Source of the DNA: Diplonema japonicum | Lineage: Eukaryota; Protista; Euglenozoa: Diplonemea | Reading direction: 5' to 3' | Length of the DNA stretch: 64,000 nt | NCBI GenBank assembly: GCA_964019335.1 | Contig: OZ025664.1 | Location: 620,001 to 684,000, forward strand | Part shown: one piece after another, positions 1-11,896 of the stretch | How the letters are laid out: each line of letters begins with the position of its first letter | Position numbering within the stretch: the first letter of the stretch is position 1 | The notes under the pieces: generated by a model | Seen by the model: only the letters and a program-made list of their open reading frames with translations | Database searches by the model: none | Told to the model about the DNA's origin: nothing | Program-made: the position numbers and the translations under genes

Positions 1-110
1 TTTCCCATAATAGCTTTCGACCAATTCAAAAAAAAAAAAAAAAAGAAAGAAAAAAAAAAACACTCTTTAGTAGAACTCAGGATTGAACCTGTACTGATGT
101 ACAGTTAGAA

Positions 111-2977
111 ATGGCAAGAGGAGTCCGGCCTGTTTATGGGGGTATCAAATGGCTGAGGAGGATGAAGAGGCTAATGCAGGGGAAGGGATCCTTGATGCTA
201 GTGGGGTTGGTCTTAGCGTTTCTGTTTAAAGCAGCTGAAGCGAATACTGCAGATTACCTAGCAGCTGATGAGGCTACGGCCAACAGGATGGGCTACAAGA
301 GAATCATCACAACGGGCAATAATGGGGACTTCGTGGTAGAGTTCTATCACAACAACGGGTCGGACTACTGCGACTCCTTCATCCTCGTTCCCGCAGAAGG
401 GATTTGGCACGTTGCGTTGAGGGGGTTTCTGTACCTCATGGCGCTTCTTTATACGTTTCTAGGGATTGCCATTGTGTCTGATATATTCATGGCGAGCATC
501 GAGAGGATCACTGCTGCGCGCACTGAGGTGAAGATCAACGCGGACGGCACACGCCACGTCGTCACTGTCGTCGTGTGGAACGAAACCGTTGCCAACCTCA
601 CTCTCATGGCACTTGGCAGCTCCGCTCCCGAGATCCTCATATCAGTCGTGGAAACAGTCCAAACCCTGGGAGGCGAACCTGGAGAACTCGGGCCCTCGAC
701 CATCGTCGGCTCCGCCGCTTTCAATCTATTCGTCATCACTGGCGTCTGCGTCTACTTCGCCGAAGAAACTCCCAAAAAGGTCAAAGAGGTCGGTGTCTTC
801 TGCGTCACCTCCTTCTCCTCTATCTTCGCCTACCTCTGGCTCATTTTCACTCTTCAGATTTGGACGCCTGACGAAGTCACCATCCCGGAAGCCGTCATGA
901 CGCTGCTGTTCTTCCCTTTACTGGTCGGCGTTGCATGGTGCCAGGATAGGGGCTGGTTTCGATCCGACGGGACTACACAAGTAGAACAGAAGGTTGTCAG
1001 CGCAGAGATCAACGCCGGACAGGTATGCCTGCAATACACATTCACAGCAACACAAACAGATGGACAGGGAGCGCATACAAGAACTGTGGAAAACTTTGAA
1101 GAGCGAGAGGATTGACAACATGGACGCAGAGGTGTGCTATCTTTTCTTTGAATGAACGTTTACAGGGCGAGCACGAACAGCTTCTTGAAAAAGCAAAAGC
1201 TGTGGAAAGATCAAGAGCCGGGGCAGGGTTGCATGCGGCACACTGGAGCCGTGCTGCATACAGGATGAACGCAGTGCGTGTGGTATGCAACCAACTATTT
1301 CACAACACGACTGTGCACAGCTTGCGAAGAAGCCGTGCTTCATCGACAAGAAGCCCCATGGTGACCGCAGAGACTCTCAAGGAAAGGACCAGAAACAAAA
1401 AGAGAACACGAGGGAAGATGTCCCGATGAAGAAGAAGATGTCAATCCCAGGAAGGTCTGCGCAGTGTGACAAGGGCATCATCGAGTGGTCGTCGGCAACG
1501 TACTCTGTCGTGGAGAATGAGGGCACCGTGAAGCTCAGCATCCTGAGGCGCACTGGCTCAGACGACACAGTCACAGTGCGATATCACACAAAGCAAGGAA
1601 CAGCGCTTCCCCTCTTAAAGTACGAAGAGTCAGACGGGGTTATCGTGTTCGAGCCGTGCGAGGTGCGGAAGGACATCTACATCAAGATCATCGACGACAA
1701 GCAGTATCAAGAGAACCAATACTTCTTTGTGATCTTGGACCACGTGAGCGGGGGCGCCATGCTGGGCGACAAGAGGATGACAGAGGTGACCATCATCGAC
1801 GACGACCAACCAGGGCAGTTGGAGTTCCTGAAGTCTCACATCACTTTTCATGAAACAGTTGGCCCTGCCATCGTGCCGATCGTGAGAAGAAACGGTGGAG
1901 ACGGGAAGGTGGCCATTAAGATCAAAGCAGTGGACGCTTCGGCAGTTCTGGACAAGGACTATGTGTTCGAGGAACAGATCATCGAACTAGACCAGGACGA
2001 GATGATGGTGGAGACGGTAGTTGAAGTCATCGATGAGTGCAGCTATGACAAGTCTGTTAGCATGCAACTCGTTCTAAGCGAGCCAAAAGGGGGTGCCATT
2101 CTTGGAAAGCTGACAGAATGCACATTGACCATCACGAATGACCCAGAAGTGACGAAGCTGATCGACAAGGTTATCGAACAGCTTGCCTACGACCAGAATG
2201 TCCTGAAGGAAAAAATGGGGACTTCCTCGTGGGGGCAGTCCTTCAGGGACGCACTCACGCTAAGCAGCGAAGACGACGACCTGACAACGATGGACTTCGT
2301 GATGCACTTTTTGACTATCTTCTGGAAGGTGATCTTTGCAATGATCCCCCCAACTGAAATGATGGGTGGGTGGGCTACCTTTTGTGTAGCACTGTTCTTT
2401 ATCGGCGTCATAGTGGTCATTGTAGGGCAGCTCGCAGGGTTGTTCGGGTGTGTGTGCGGGCTGCCTGACCCGGTCACTGCCATTACTTTCGTGGCCTTGG
2501 GTACATCACTGCCCGACATGTTTGCTAGCAAAACAGCAGTAGCCGAGGTGTGTTATTTTATGTTACTTTCATTGTAATCCCTAACAGGAGGAATTCGCAG
2601 ATGCTGCTATTGGGAACGTGACTGGAAGTAACTCTGTGAACGTCTTCTTGGGCATGGGCCTGCCGTGGGTGCTCGCATCAATTTATTACGAAGTCAAAGA
2701 TGAACCTTTCAGGTGTTGAGGGGCGAACTTTTTTTCTTTCCCCCCCCCTTTTTTTTTGAATGGAACTTACCATAAACCACGCTTGACGACCGCCAACACC
2801 AAGCACCCTGTGCAACTCTGAATTTTTTTTTTCTCTCACCATTCCTCTCAGGATACCTGCTGGCGACCTTGCATTTTCTGTTATCGTGTTCGTGAGCTGC
2901 GCGTTGATTTGTTTGGCTACACTTGCCATTAATCGCAATGTCAATGGAGGGGAGCTTGGGGTGTGTGAATAAGGAGG

Positions 2978-3019
<42 letters not shown>

Positions 3020-3111
3020 GCCCATGGAGAAATATCATCCTCGTCTTTTTCTGCGTTATCTGGGTGACGTACGTAGTGCTATCCTCACTGAAGAGCACCG
3101 GTAAAATCTAA
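111..3111 (+). CDS. Na+/Ca2+ exchanger (NCX/SLC8 family) with two Calx-beta domains, multi-exon
   Basis: Alpha-1 repeat [13 protein letters not shown]...GSAAFN, alpha-2 repeat [10 protein letters not shown]...[10 protein letters not shown] and C-terminal GGELG|GP are recovered after removing GT-AG introns (e.g. 1023-1059, 2713-2851, 2961-3018). Confidence 0.95.
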
Positions 3112-3476
3112 AGTAACCAAGAAAGGATAAGAAACAAAAGAGGAGAAAAGAAAAAGAAGAAAAGGGGGCATTTCCATGTTCCGGTGAACGAGAGAAGGTA
3201 AGCGTGTACATTTACCCCCTTCCCTATTCTTTTTTTTCCACCCCTTCCCCCCCCCCTTTTTTTATTCACTCCTCCGCTTTCCATAGTGCTTCTAATTACC
3301 CACATTCCCCCCTTTTTATTTTCTCTTTTTTTTTATTTCTCCTCTCTGCAATGCATTCCAAGGCGCCCTGATGAAGGGTCACATTTTCACCACTCTCTTT
3401 CACCTTTTTATCGATTGTCTTAACCTACATCTTCTAGAATTTCAACAAAAAGAAAAAGGACAAATATACTACACAT

Positions 3477-4385
3477 ATGCCTCGCCATTTAATAGTGTTC
3501 GGAGGCACAGGGGTTCTCGGAAGAGGTGTGTGCAGGGAAGCATTAAACCGCGAGTGGGATGTGACTGTGGTCAGCAGAAGAATAAAGGGAAGAGAAGGCG
3601 TGACATATTGCGGTTGGGAGGGGTGGGAACAACACCTGAAAGAGGGAAGCGTGCTCGTTAACCTCGCTGGGGAAAACCCTGGGAAGGGGTATTGGACGCA
3701 AGGCCTTCGAAACAAAATACTAGAAAGCAGATTGAACGCCATCGAAGCCATCAAAAGAGGTGTTGAAAATTCGATTGAAAAACCAGCCCTTCTAATACAA
3801 GCCAGTGCTGCTGGGGTCTACGGCAACACTGGTGATACCCTTGTGACTGAAGACATGGACGGTGGGGTACTTCCTTCACACCACATTGAAGGAGGCCGCT
3901 TCAGGGTTGAGGTTTGCAAAAAAATCGAAGAGACGCTCAACACCGTTCCTGTGCCCTCCGTCGCGCTGCGTATCGGGCATCCTGTCATATCGGAAGACGG
4001 GCTTCTAGGTCCTTTGAACCTTGCTAGCATGCTTGGTGTCGCGTCGCTAGGCGATGGGGAACAATACCTCCCATGGGTGCACCTCGATGACCTCTCCCGG
4101 AGTATTTTCCACGTTACCGAGACTCCTTCCCTCCATGGCCGCCCCGTCAATGTGTCCTCTCCCTCACCTGTTACGAATAGGGACTTTCTTTCCGTTTTGT
4201 CTAAGCTCCGAGGCAGGCCTTACGCCATACTCCCTATCCCATCGTTGTTCCTCTCCATCTTGGGGCCATCGTCTTGCGTTGTTCTTGATTCTGTGAGGCA
4301 GCACCCGCAGAATCTGCTCGACACCGGGTTCAAGTTCAAGCACGACAGCCTCGAAGGTGCTTTGAAAGCTTATTACAAACTGTGA
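3477..4385 (+). CDS. NAD(P)-dependent epimerase family protein (SDR39U1/TIGR01777-like)
   Basis: GGTGVLG Rossmann motif, VNLAGE, ASAAGVYG, GDGEQYLPWVHLDD, GFKFKH. Confidence 0.9.
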   Translation: MPRHLIVFGGTGVLGRGVCREALNREWDVTVVSRRIKGREGVTYCGWEGWEQHLKEGSVLVNLAGENPGKGYWTQGLRNKILESRLNAIEAIKRGVENSIEKPALLIQASAAGVYGNTGDTLVTEDMDGGVLPSHHIEGGRFRVEVCKKIEETLNTVPVPSVALRIGHPVISEDGLLGPLNLASMLGVASLGDGEQYLPWVHLDDLSRSIFHVTETPSLHGRPVNVSSPSPVTNRDFLSVLSKLRGRPYAILPIPSLFLSILGPSSCVVLDSVRQHPQNLLDTGFKFKHDSLEGALKAYYKL

Positions 4386-4448
4386 TCAGTTCTTTATTTT
4401 TTGCATTTTGGTCTTTGGGTCATCATCAAGCTGCCTCAGGCTCGAATC

Positions 4449-4898
4449 ATGTCGCACAACCCTTTTGATGATTTGCGTGAGTTCTTCACTGTGTTGGATA
4501 GCATAAACACGTCGTTCCACACGGACCCCAGGACGGCAGGTGCGGGGAGGTTTGGATCGACAATGCGTTCCAGTGGTGGGTTTGCACCTGCTGTGGACAT
4601 ATCAGGGACAGATGACGGGTACACGTTGACTGCAGACTTACCCGGGTGCACCTCAAAGGATGTGGACTTGAAAGTGCATGACAAGGAGATCTGCCTCACG
4701 GCCAGCAGGGACATCACCCACGCACCAGAAGGAGATATTTATAGACGAGAACGACGAGGCGGCTCCTTCGAACGGTGCTGGTCTTTCTCCTCCTCCATCG
4801 TCGAAGACAAAGTCTCTGCAGAGCTCACCAACGGTGTCTTGAACGTGAGCTTCCCGCTCGTGAAGGAGGGCATCCATAAGAACATCACTATCAAATGA
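4449..4898 (+). CDS. Small heat shock protein (HSP20/alpha-crystallin domain)
   Basis: PAVDI...ADLPG, RRERRGGSFER, AELTNGVLNV; first ATG at 4449. Confidence 0.92.
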   Translation: MSHNPFDDLREFFTVLDSINTSFHTDPRTAGAGRFGSTMRSSGGFAPAVDISGTDDGYTLTADLPGCTSKDVDLKVHDKEICLTASRDITHAPEGDIYRRERRGGSFERCWSFSSSIVEDKVSAELTNGVLNVSFPLVKEGIHKNITIK

Positions 4899-5115
4899 AT
4901 ACACTGAGTGAGCCTTAAGGACACTGCACGCACTTAAGTCGGCTATTTTCTAGCTTCTAACTTTGTTTTAGGTTTTTGTCGCCCCGTCCACTGAGGTGGA
5001 CTCAACGGGGCTTTGTTTAATCTTGGTTTTGATTTATCTAATGTTATTTTTTTACTCTTTTTTTTTTTTTCTTTTACACTCAGAAGCTGCAACAGGCAGG
5101 GAGGGAGAGAGAGAG

Positions 5116-6820
5116 ATGATGATACAAAAAGCGGGACTCGTGTTGCTTCTTGGGGTGTGCTTGATGCTGATGTACGATAGGTATAGCATAAAAAGAACCA
5201 ATTTGTCCACATATGTCCCATCATTTTTTGTTGGGGTGTTGTGTGGATTTTGCGTCTTGCAAAAAAGAAAGGAGGGGGGGGGAAAACAAACAAACAAAAG
5301 GTTGCAGTCGAGCAAACAGTTGCAAGAGACACGCAAACAAGTCACCACTTTGACTGGCGATCTTGCGATTGAACGAGAAAAGGCAGCGCAGAACAAGTTC
5401 AAGGAGTCCTCCCAAGCCATCCCAAGCGAGAACCTGACGGTGGTCCACCAGCACGTGTATATCAACGAGAGTAGAGTAGAAGGCTACGAGGCTTGGAACA
5501 ACACCGAGATGGCTTTGAGAGAAGGGAAAGAAATATACAGCAGTGCGCACTGCATTGGGAACAGCGAGAAGTCAAAGCATGACCGTGACGCGTGGAAGAA
5601 GACGACCTGTCGATTTAAGAATCTTTGTTACAACCCTGCGACAGAGAGGTTTATATACTTTCGACGACCGGGAGATACGTTCGATGCTCGAAGTACGGTG
5701 GCGATGGGTCCGCTGAATGCTCAGTGGAACGAAGGCGACAAGGAAAAGATGAGGTGGCTCCCTGATATAGTAGATACACCCCTCACAGCCCCCCACCTTG
5801 CCGCACCCTCAAATGAGGTTTGGATCCCCCACTTCGAGCATTGTGCTGCCAATGTGATGCATCTCATCATGGACTCGTTCTACCCCTGGCACAACGCCGT
5901 GTCCCTCTTCGGCATCAATAAGCACATCCGGCCCCTTCGCATTGTTCTCCAGGAAGGAACTCTTTGGGGAACTTGCGATTATATCAGGTCAGAAGAAGCC
6001 AAGGGGACAGCATGGGCGCAGGGATACTCTCGGCGCTGTACCATGAACCAAGCGAGATGGGTTCCAGCCATGCTTCCGAAGATGAATGGCCGTGAAATCA
6101 CTGATCTTGACACTACAAAGGAATTCATGAAGAACGACGCGTCTGGTAAGATGGTGTGCTTTGACGATGCTGTGGTAGGGGTGGGAACGCTTTCGGACCA
6201 CTGTCTAAAGGCCCACGGGTGGTCCTGGGACCAAAAAGATATTGGCGAACACGACTGCAACCAAGCTAGAGGTAAGATGCTGTGGGAATTCCGAAAGCGG
6301 ATGTTCGCAGTGTCGGGTGTGCCACTGATGCTGCCAGAGCGGCATCAAGTGTTGCTTTTCTCATTCGGGATGAGGGGCAATCCTAGATGGCACGCCTACG
6401 CGACATTCCTAAAAACAAAACTAGGGACAGGTGTTACGGTATGACACAGCTATGTCACTGTTAAACATTCCATAGGTGGAACTAGCCGCGTTAAAAACAG
6501 CAAAACAGCAGCTGGAACAAATACAAGCCACCACTACAATCGTCGCCGCTATGGGTGGGAACACAATCACAGCCATCTTCCTTCCAAGGAGTGCAGGTCT
6601 CGTCCTACTTCATGACAACAAGGTATGCCATGTCTATCAGAAGATATCTACTTCTCTTTAACAGGATCGTCTTGATTGGGACTTCTGGACCCACGCATCG
6701 CACATCTCAGTTAAGTGGCTGCCGACCTCCAGCCCGAATATAACGAACATGTTGGGCGAGACCGTCCAACAGCTGCTTGTAAGTTATGAAGAGTTCAGCC
6801 CCTTTCCGAATAGAAGATAG
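5116..6820 (+). CDS. Type II membrane glycosyltransferase, GT61-like (EOGT/POMGNT2-like), multi-exon
   Basis: N-terminal TM helix, CRFKNLCY, NVMHLIMD, VCFDDAVVG, late exon IVAAMGG...AIFLP; short introns near 6440-6475 and 6623-6664. Confidence 0.65.
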
Positions 6821-6910
6821 ATATGACCGAACTGAAGAACGAACTCACACACCATGTCCTTTATAATTGCTCTATTGTCAATTTCTTATGTTATCCCGAC
6901 ATCAGGATAA

Positions 6911-8341
6911 ATGGTTCTAGAAGGGATCCTGAGGAATGCAAAGGGAAGAGGTGATGTGCTCCCTTCTGACCTGAGCGAAAGGATGGAAGGGAGGCAAGGG
7001 TTCACCGAGGGGTGGGACCAGACTATGCCAAACCCAAGCGCCCATGGGCTGCGATGTGCATTTATAGAAGCGGAAGCTGTGAAGAAGCTTACGAAGATCA
7101 CGGACGAAGCTGTGAGTACTATGGTTAGCCTCAGGCTGTGCGCTGTGGAGCTGTGCCCGGACGCTATAAGGAACTCTTCTTTCCCATCTTCGCCCCCATC
7201 TGTCTCTCTCACCCCCTCTGAAATGTCCATCGAGGAAGATGAAATCGGGCGTGCAGTGGCATCTGCCCTTGCGCCTTCCTCCGGCATCTGTCCTGACAAG
7301 GCAGACACCACTACAACCCTAGTCACCGACAAAGCAGCAGCTTTCCTCGGGAGATGGATCGCAAGGGAATGGCGAAACAAGGAAGGCAGCATTCTAACAG
7401 AGCTACTTACCAACCTCGAGTCCCCCCTTGTCGACAAGATACCCATCATAGCCAAGGCCTCCAGCATCCTCCAAAAGAGAGCACCAGAGCTGAAGGACCA
7501 CTGCAGACTAGAGCTGTTCGTGATGACGCTCTACACGATGGCGGGGCACGACATCGACGCCATGATGGGTTTCAAGAACGTTCCCAGCAAGCCCACTTCT
7601 CCCGCATGGGCGCAATACAAGCCCAGGAACCAACCAATGTTCAGAGTGATTAACTCGGCCATGAGAGTAGCAGGGAGCAATGGGCAGAGCCCGAATGCGA
7701 AGGAATGGCCATGGTCGGACATCAAGAAATGGGTGAAAACGATTGTTTTGTTGACAGCGCTGTCGGGGAAGGGCGGCAAGTTCGAGCTCAGCAGAGGTTT
7801 GGCAGGGCTGCCGGCGGATGTGGTGGCCGCACATTCGAAGCTCAAGAATGGGAACATGATTTACTGGTCGGCACCGAGCAGCTGTGCATTGGACCCTTCT
7901 GTGAGCAAGGCGTACCTAAACGGCGATGCAGCCAATGCGACACAGCAAGAGGGTGGGAGGTTGCTGTTTGAACTCCGTAGTACTTGCGGTCTGCCCCTTC
8001 AGAAAGTGTCAAAGTACCCAGGAGAAGCTGAGGTGCTGCTTCCCCCTCTCACAGAGCTGGCTGTGCACTCGGTGACGAATGAAAACGGGCTGGTGTCAAT
8101 TAAGGCAGTTGGAAGTTGCAGAATGAAAGAGCACCTGAAAGGCGTGTGCCTTGATTCCCACCCAGAGGCGTTGAGAGCAAGCAAAGAGCTTGATCAAACG
8201 TCGACACCACGAAAGAGGCTACCTTTTCAAAGCACATCACCTTCTCCACGCAGAGTGATCAAGGAGCTCCCCAATGACTCTCCTCTGCTGAATCCGACCC
8301 GTGCTACTGAAGGCAAGGTGGTGTACCGTGAACACAACTGA
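6911..8341 (+). CDS. Protein with C-terminal R-S-E type ADP-ribosyltransferase (ART) domain
   Basis: LSRG (R), WSAPSSCA (S-x-S), SKYPGEAEVLLPP (E-x-E) in the expected order and spacing. Confidence 0.75.
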   Translation: MVLEGILRNAKGRGDVLPSDLSERMEGRQGFTEGWDQTMPNPSAHGLRCAFIEAEAVKKLTKITDEAVSTMVSLRLCAVELCPDAIRNSSFPSSPPSVSLTPSEMSIEEDEIGRAVASALAPSSGICPDKADTTTTLVTDKAAAFLGRWIAREWRNKEGSILTELLTNLESPLVDKIPIIAKASSILQKRAPELKDHCRLELFVMTLYTMAGHDIDAMMGFKNVPSKPTSPAWAQYKPRNQPMFRVINSAMRVAGSNGQSPNAKEWPWSDIKKWVKTIVLLTALSGKGGKFELSRGLAGLPADVVAAHSKLKNGNMIYWSAPSSCALDPSVSKAYLNGDAANATQQEGGRLLFELRSTCGLPLQKVSKYPGEAEVLLPPLTELAVHSVTNENGLVSIKAVGSCRMKEHLKGVCLDSHPEALRASKELDQTSTPRKRLPFQSTSPSPRRVIKELPNDSPLLNPTRATEGKVVYREHN

Positions 8342-8456
8342 TGCTTTCGGCTTTGCGTTTCTTTGTATGCAGTTTTCTTATAAGTCTAGTCGACTCTTTG
8401 TTGTCCTTTTCCTGTATTTTACGTGTGTATCATTTTCCAATAACTTCCTCAGTAAC

Positions 8457-9971
8457 ATGCTTTCGGTTGTTGAAAACATCGGCATCAGCGAGAATGTTAC
8501 AGCACGGCCGGCGAGAGCAAAGGTCCTATGCGTCCCCAAGCAATACAGGTCAGTGCAAGATGCGATCAACGAGGCAAACGATGGGGACTGCATTGCTTTG
8601 AGCAGCGGGGTACACCTTCTGCACGAGCCTTTGAGGATAGACAAGGATGTGCACATGATAGCGGGTGACGAAGCGTCTTCTGGTGTGACACTGCGGCTCG
8701 ACACCACAACAGGAAAACATTTGATAGCTGCCACACACATGGTGGTGATTGACTGCAACACTTGTCGGTTAGCCAACCTCACCCTGGAACATATTGGAGA
8801 AAAGGACCAAGAACGCCCCGAGTTGGTATTCACCGTGTGGTGCAAGAGGGGAAGCCCAATCCTTGACCAGTGCACAATCCTGTCCACGATGCACTCTGCA
8901 GTGGGTGTGAGTAGCGACACGTATCCCACTCTCCGCAGGTGCCAGATATCAGCCATCGAGTACGGCACGTGGGCAGGTCAGGAGGGCAAGCTCCGCTTAG
9001 AGAAGTGTGTCATAAATGGTGGGAAAGGATGTTATTACCAAGACTTGTCCGTGGGGGAAGTCGAGGCGTGTCATTTCGTCAATTGCGGGGTGGGGGTCGT
9101 GTGTCTAGTTCCGTGCAAGGTAACAATAAGCAACACGAAATTCGAGAAATGTGCAGAAGTAGGCGTACACTGCGTGGGCGGTCCATCTATCAACGTGGAC
9201 CTGCCGCTAGAGATACACACCAATGAGTTCGAAGGTGTGGGCACCGCCGGCATTGTCATCGACCACGCAGCACCTGTTGTACGGAAGAACTCCTTTACGC
9301 AATGCACTGTTTACGTCCAAAACACTGGCCAGGGAAAACTCGTGGATAATACTTTCCAAGGCGTAGAGGTGGCTGTGGTGGTGTCAGGGAAGTCAACCCC
9401 TGTGCTGCGGGCAAATTACTTCGAGAAATGCAAGTCTGCTGTTGTAGTGCAGGAGCGGCTGAGCCAGGGGATGCTCACAGGGAACGTGTTTGAGGCATGC
9501 GACACGGCAGTACGCGTGAGAGACAAGGCGACGCCGTCTATCGTGGCGAACACCATCACAGAGTGTGAGTGCGGGATGCTCTTCACCGAAGAAGGCAAAG
9601 GAAGCGTGCGAGGAAATACTATTACGAACTGCAAAACAGGTGCCTTCATCGAAGACAACGGAGATCCTGTTCTAGACCAAAACACCATACACGAGTGCAC
9701 AGCGGGGATCGTAGTCACAAATGCATGCGGCAGGATCGTGGGAAACACCATCACGCATACAGAAGAGGCGAGCATCAAACTAGACGGAGCCAAGGACACA
9801 TTCATAGAAGACAACACGATTAGGAATTCCGACAAGGAAGGCCTCTTCATCCTGCATGCCTCAAAGGTCACCGTTCTATCCAACCGCATAACAGGGTGTG
9901 TGCTGTCTGCCGTGCAGTGCACAGAGGACAGCAAGGAGGGCCTTACCCAGCGCGACAACATCTACGAATAG
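8457..9971 (+). CDS. Right-handed parallel beta-helix repeat protein (pectin lyase-like fold)
   Basis: YRSVQDAINEA..GD.I.L..G cap followed by many ~22-aa repeats with I.GNTI..C..G pattern. Confidence 0.85.
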   Translation: MLSVVENIGISENVTARPARAKVLCVPKQYRSVQDAINEANDGDCIALSSGVHLLHEPLRIDKDVHMIAGDEASSGVTLRLDTTTGKHLIAATHMVVIDCNTCRLANLTLEHIGEKDQERPELVFTVWCKRGSPILDQCTILSTMHSAVGVSSDTYPTLRRCQISAIEYGTWAGQEGKLRLEKCVINGGKGCYYQDLSVGEVEACHFVNCGVGVVCLVPCKVTISNTKFEKCAEVGVHCVGGPSINVDLPLEIHTNEFEGVGTAGIVIDHAAPVVRKNSFTQCTVYVQNTGQGKLVDNTFQGVEVAVVVSGKSTPVLRANYFEKCKSAVVVQERLSQGMLTGNVFEACDTAVRVRDKATPSIVANTITECECGMLFTEEGKGSVRGNTITNCKTGAFIEDNGDPVLDQNTIHECTAGIVVTNACGRIVGNTITHTEEASIKLDGAKDTFIEDNTIRNSDKEGLFILHASKVTVLSNRITGCVLSAVQCTEDSKEGLTQRDNIYE

Positions 9972-10050
9972 GCTGACTTCCGTTGGCTCTACTTTACAGA
10001 ATTTCCCCTTTTCTATCGCATTCTTTTTATTGAATTGTTCATCACAGGCG

Positions 10051-11850
10051 ATGCTGTCGAAGAAGGCTACCCAGGCGGTCGCCGCGAACAACCTTGAGGT
10101 AGCCTTTGCGAAGCCGATCACACAAGGCAAGGTTAAAGGAACGAATGTCGGGAAGAACATAGGGCTGCGGGTGATAGAGGAAACAGGCAGCATGGTGATT
10201 CGCCCACCATCAAGGGTGATGCCTCCCAAGCGATTGTTGGGATTTCATTCGCAGAATGTAGCGCATCCTCTGGATGTGGCAGGGTGGTATTATGAGCAGT
10301 CTATGAAGCACACATGGGAAAAGAGGTCCTTGGAAGAAGAAGTTAGAGAAGTAGCTGAGATAGAAAGAGAATGTGGCCTGCAGTGCACATACACATCCCG
10401 AGCACTTGCGTTAGGGAAGATACAGTCTAATAGCTGCGATGTGATGTCCTACGAGACTATGGGCTCCGGGCAGCATGCCGTCAGGGTGCGTGGTGCACAC
10501 GGTGAACCCTCCTTCAACAACGAACACCAGTATGCCACGTGCATCATCAACAAGCACAACGTCCCACACAATGTGCTGGTACACTGGCTCAGCACGAAGC
10601 TCAACATACACCACAATATGATCGGCCTCCGAGTCATCGAGGAAAGCATGGGACACACCACGCAAACAGCCTTCTTCAAACTGAAGCATAGTGATACATT
10701 TTCACAACTCACTCGTATTCTTGGCGTGACCTCACTGCACAACGGGTCTGTGCACATCTCCTCTCTCTCAACAACAGCATCGCCCTCTATACCTGGTAAG
10801 GATCTCGCTATATGGGCGGCCATGCACTCCATCCAAGCCCCGCAGCAGATGTTCTTCAAGTCTCTTCAGGATTTCGAATCCAGCAGGAAATACATCAACT
10901 TCTTCCCACCCAGCACCTTTGGCGTTCCCGTGCACAGGCACATCCCAATATGGTGTGTGGGGTGGCACCTCTACCGGTTCGACGATCTGCATGTTGTGCT
11001 CTCTATCGTGGCGCAGGGTGCGAAAGAACACCCGATGTGCCGTGACTTGCTGCAGGTGCCTTTGGAGAAATGGAAGGGAAGCAAGGAGGTCAAGTCGCTG
11101 CTCCGAAGGCTTGCCGCAAGCCCAGGGAAGAACCAGGAACTACGATTTGTAGTAAACAGTTTGTTCGAAGGAAAGTTGAGAGGCATCACGAGAGGGCTGT
11201 GCGCCCAACATAAAGAGTGGGCAGGGCGAGCACTGGAAGCATTCCAGAAGCTGCTGTGGAATATGCTTGTGTCGGGCAGGATGGACGACAACAAGGGCTC
11301 CATGTTGGGAGACACCGTAGTGACGGAGAAGGGGGACTTGCAGATCAATCATGACGAGCTTCCCATCAACAACGTGGTGCTTCCCCTGTCTGGTATTTTC
11401 ACTTCAAGCACTTCAATCGTGTGGCCGCAGCACCGGTTCTCCAGGAAAACGGCCAACAACCTTCTGGCTGCTTTCGGCCTCACACCCTTGGATATAGACA
11501 GGCTGCACCATGTTCTCCCCACGGAGTTCCTCGCCACACCTTACCGCAGGGTCGTAGGCACAGTAGATAAGGTATAATTTCAGCACACAAACAACAACCT
11601 GTAGATTGAGTTCCAAGTGCACCAAACACCGATTGAGTTGAGTCCTGATGTGGGACCCGTCCATGCCGCAGACAACCAGCTGCTGCAAAAGAGAATACGG
11701 GTATGTTGCACTCTGAAATCTGACACAACTCAGACGTTGAACGCTGACAGAAAGAAAGGTGAATGCGAGGCTGCTGTCTTCATGACCACCCATCTTGATG
11801 GCGGTGGCTACTCTGCCTTACGAGAGGTAGCCCTGCTAAAAATCGTTTAG
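10051..11850 (+). CDS. TruD/PUS7-family pseudouridine synthase homologue, probably catalytically degenerate; intron ~11572-11605
   Basis: YINFFPPSTFG (~FINYYGxQRFG), AFQKLLWNMLVSGR (~AYQSYLWN..S.R), VVLPL.G, PYRRVV, YSALREV; catalytic GxKD not found. Confidence 0.7.
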
Positions 11851-11896
11851 TCATTTAATGCACCTACCTTGCATGTTTACTCCTCAAGAAGCTAAA

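Noticed and set aside
77-91. CAGGATTGAACCTG, reverse complement resembles a tRNA T-arm/B box
   Set aside because: No cloverleaf or A box around it
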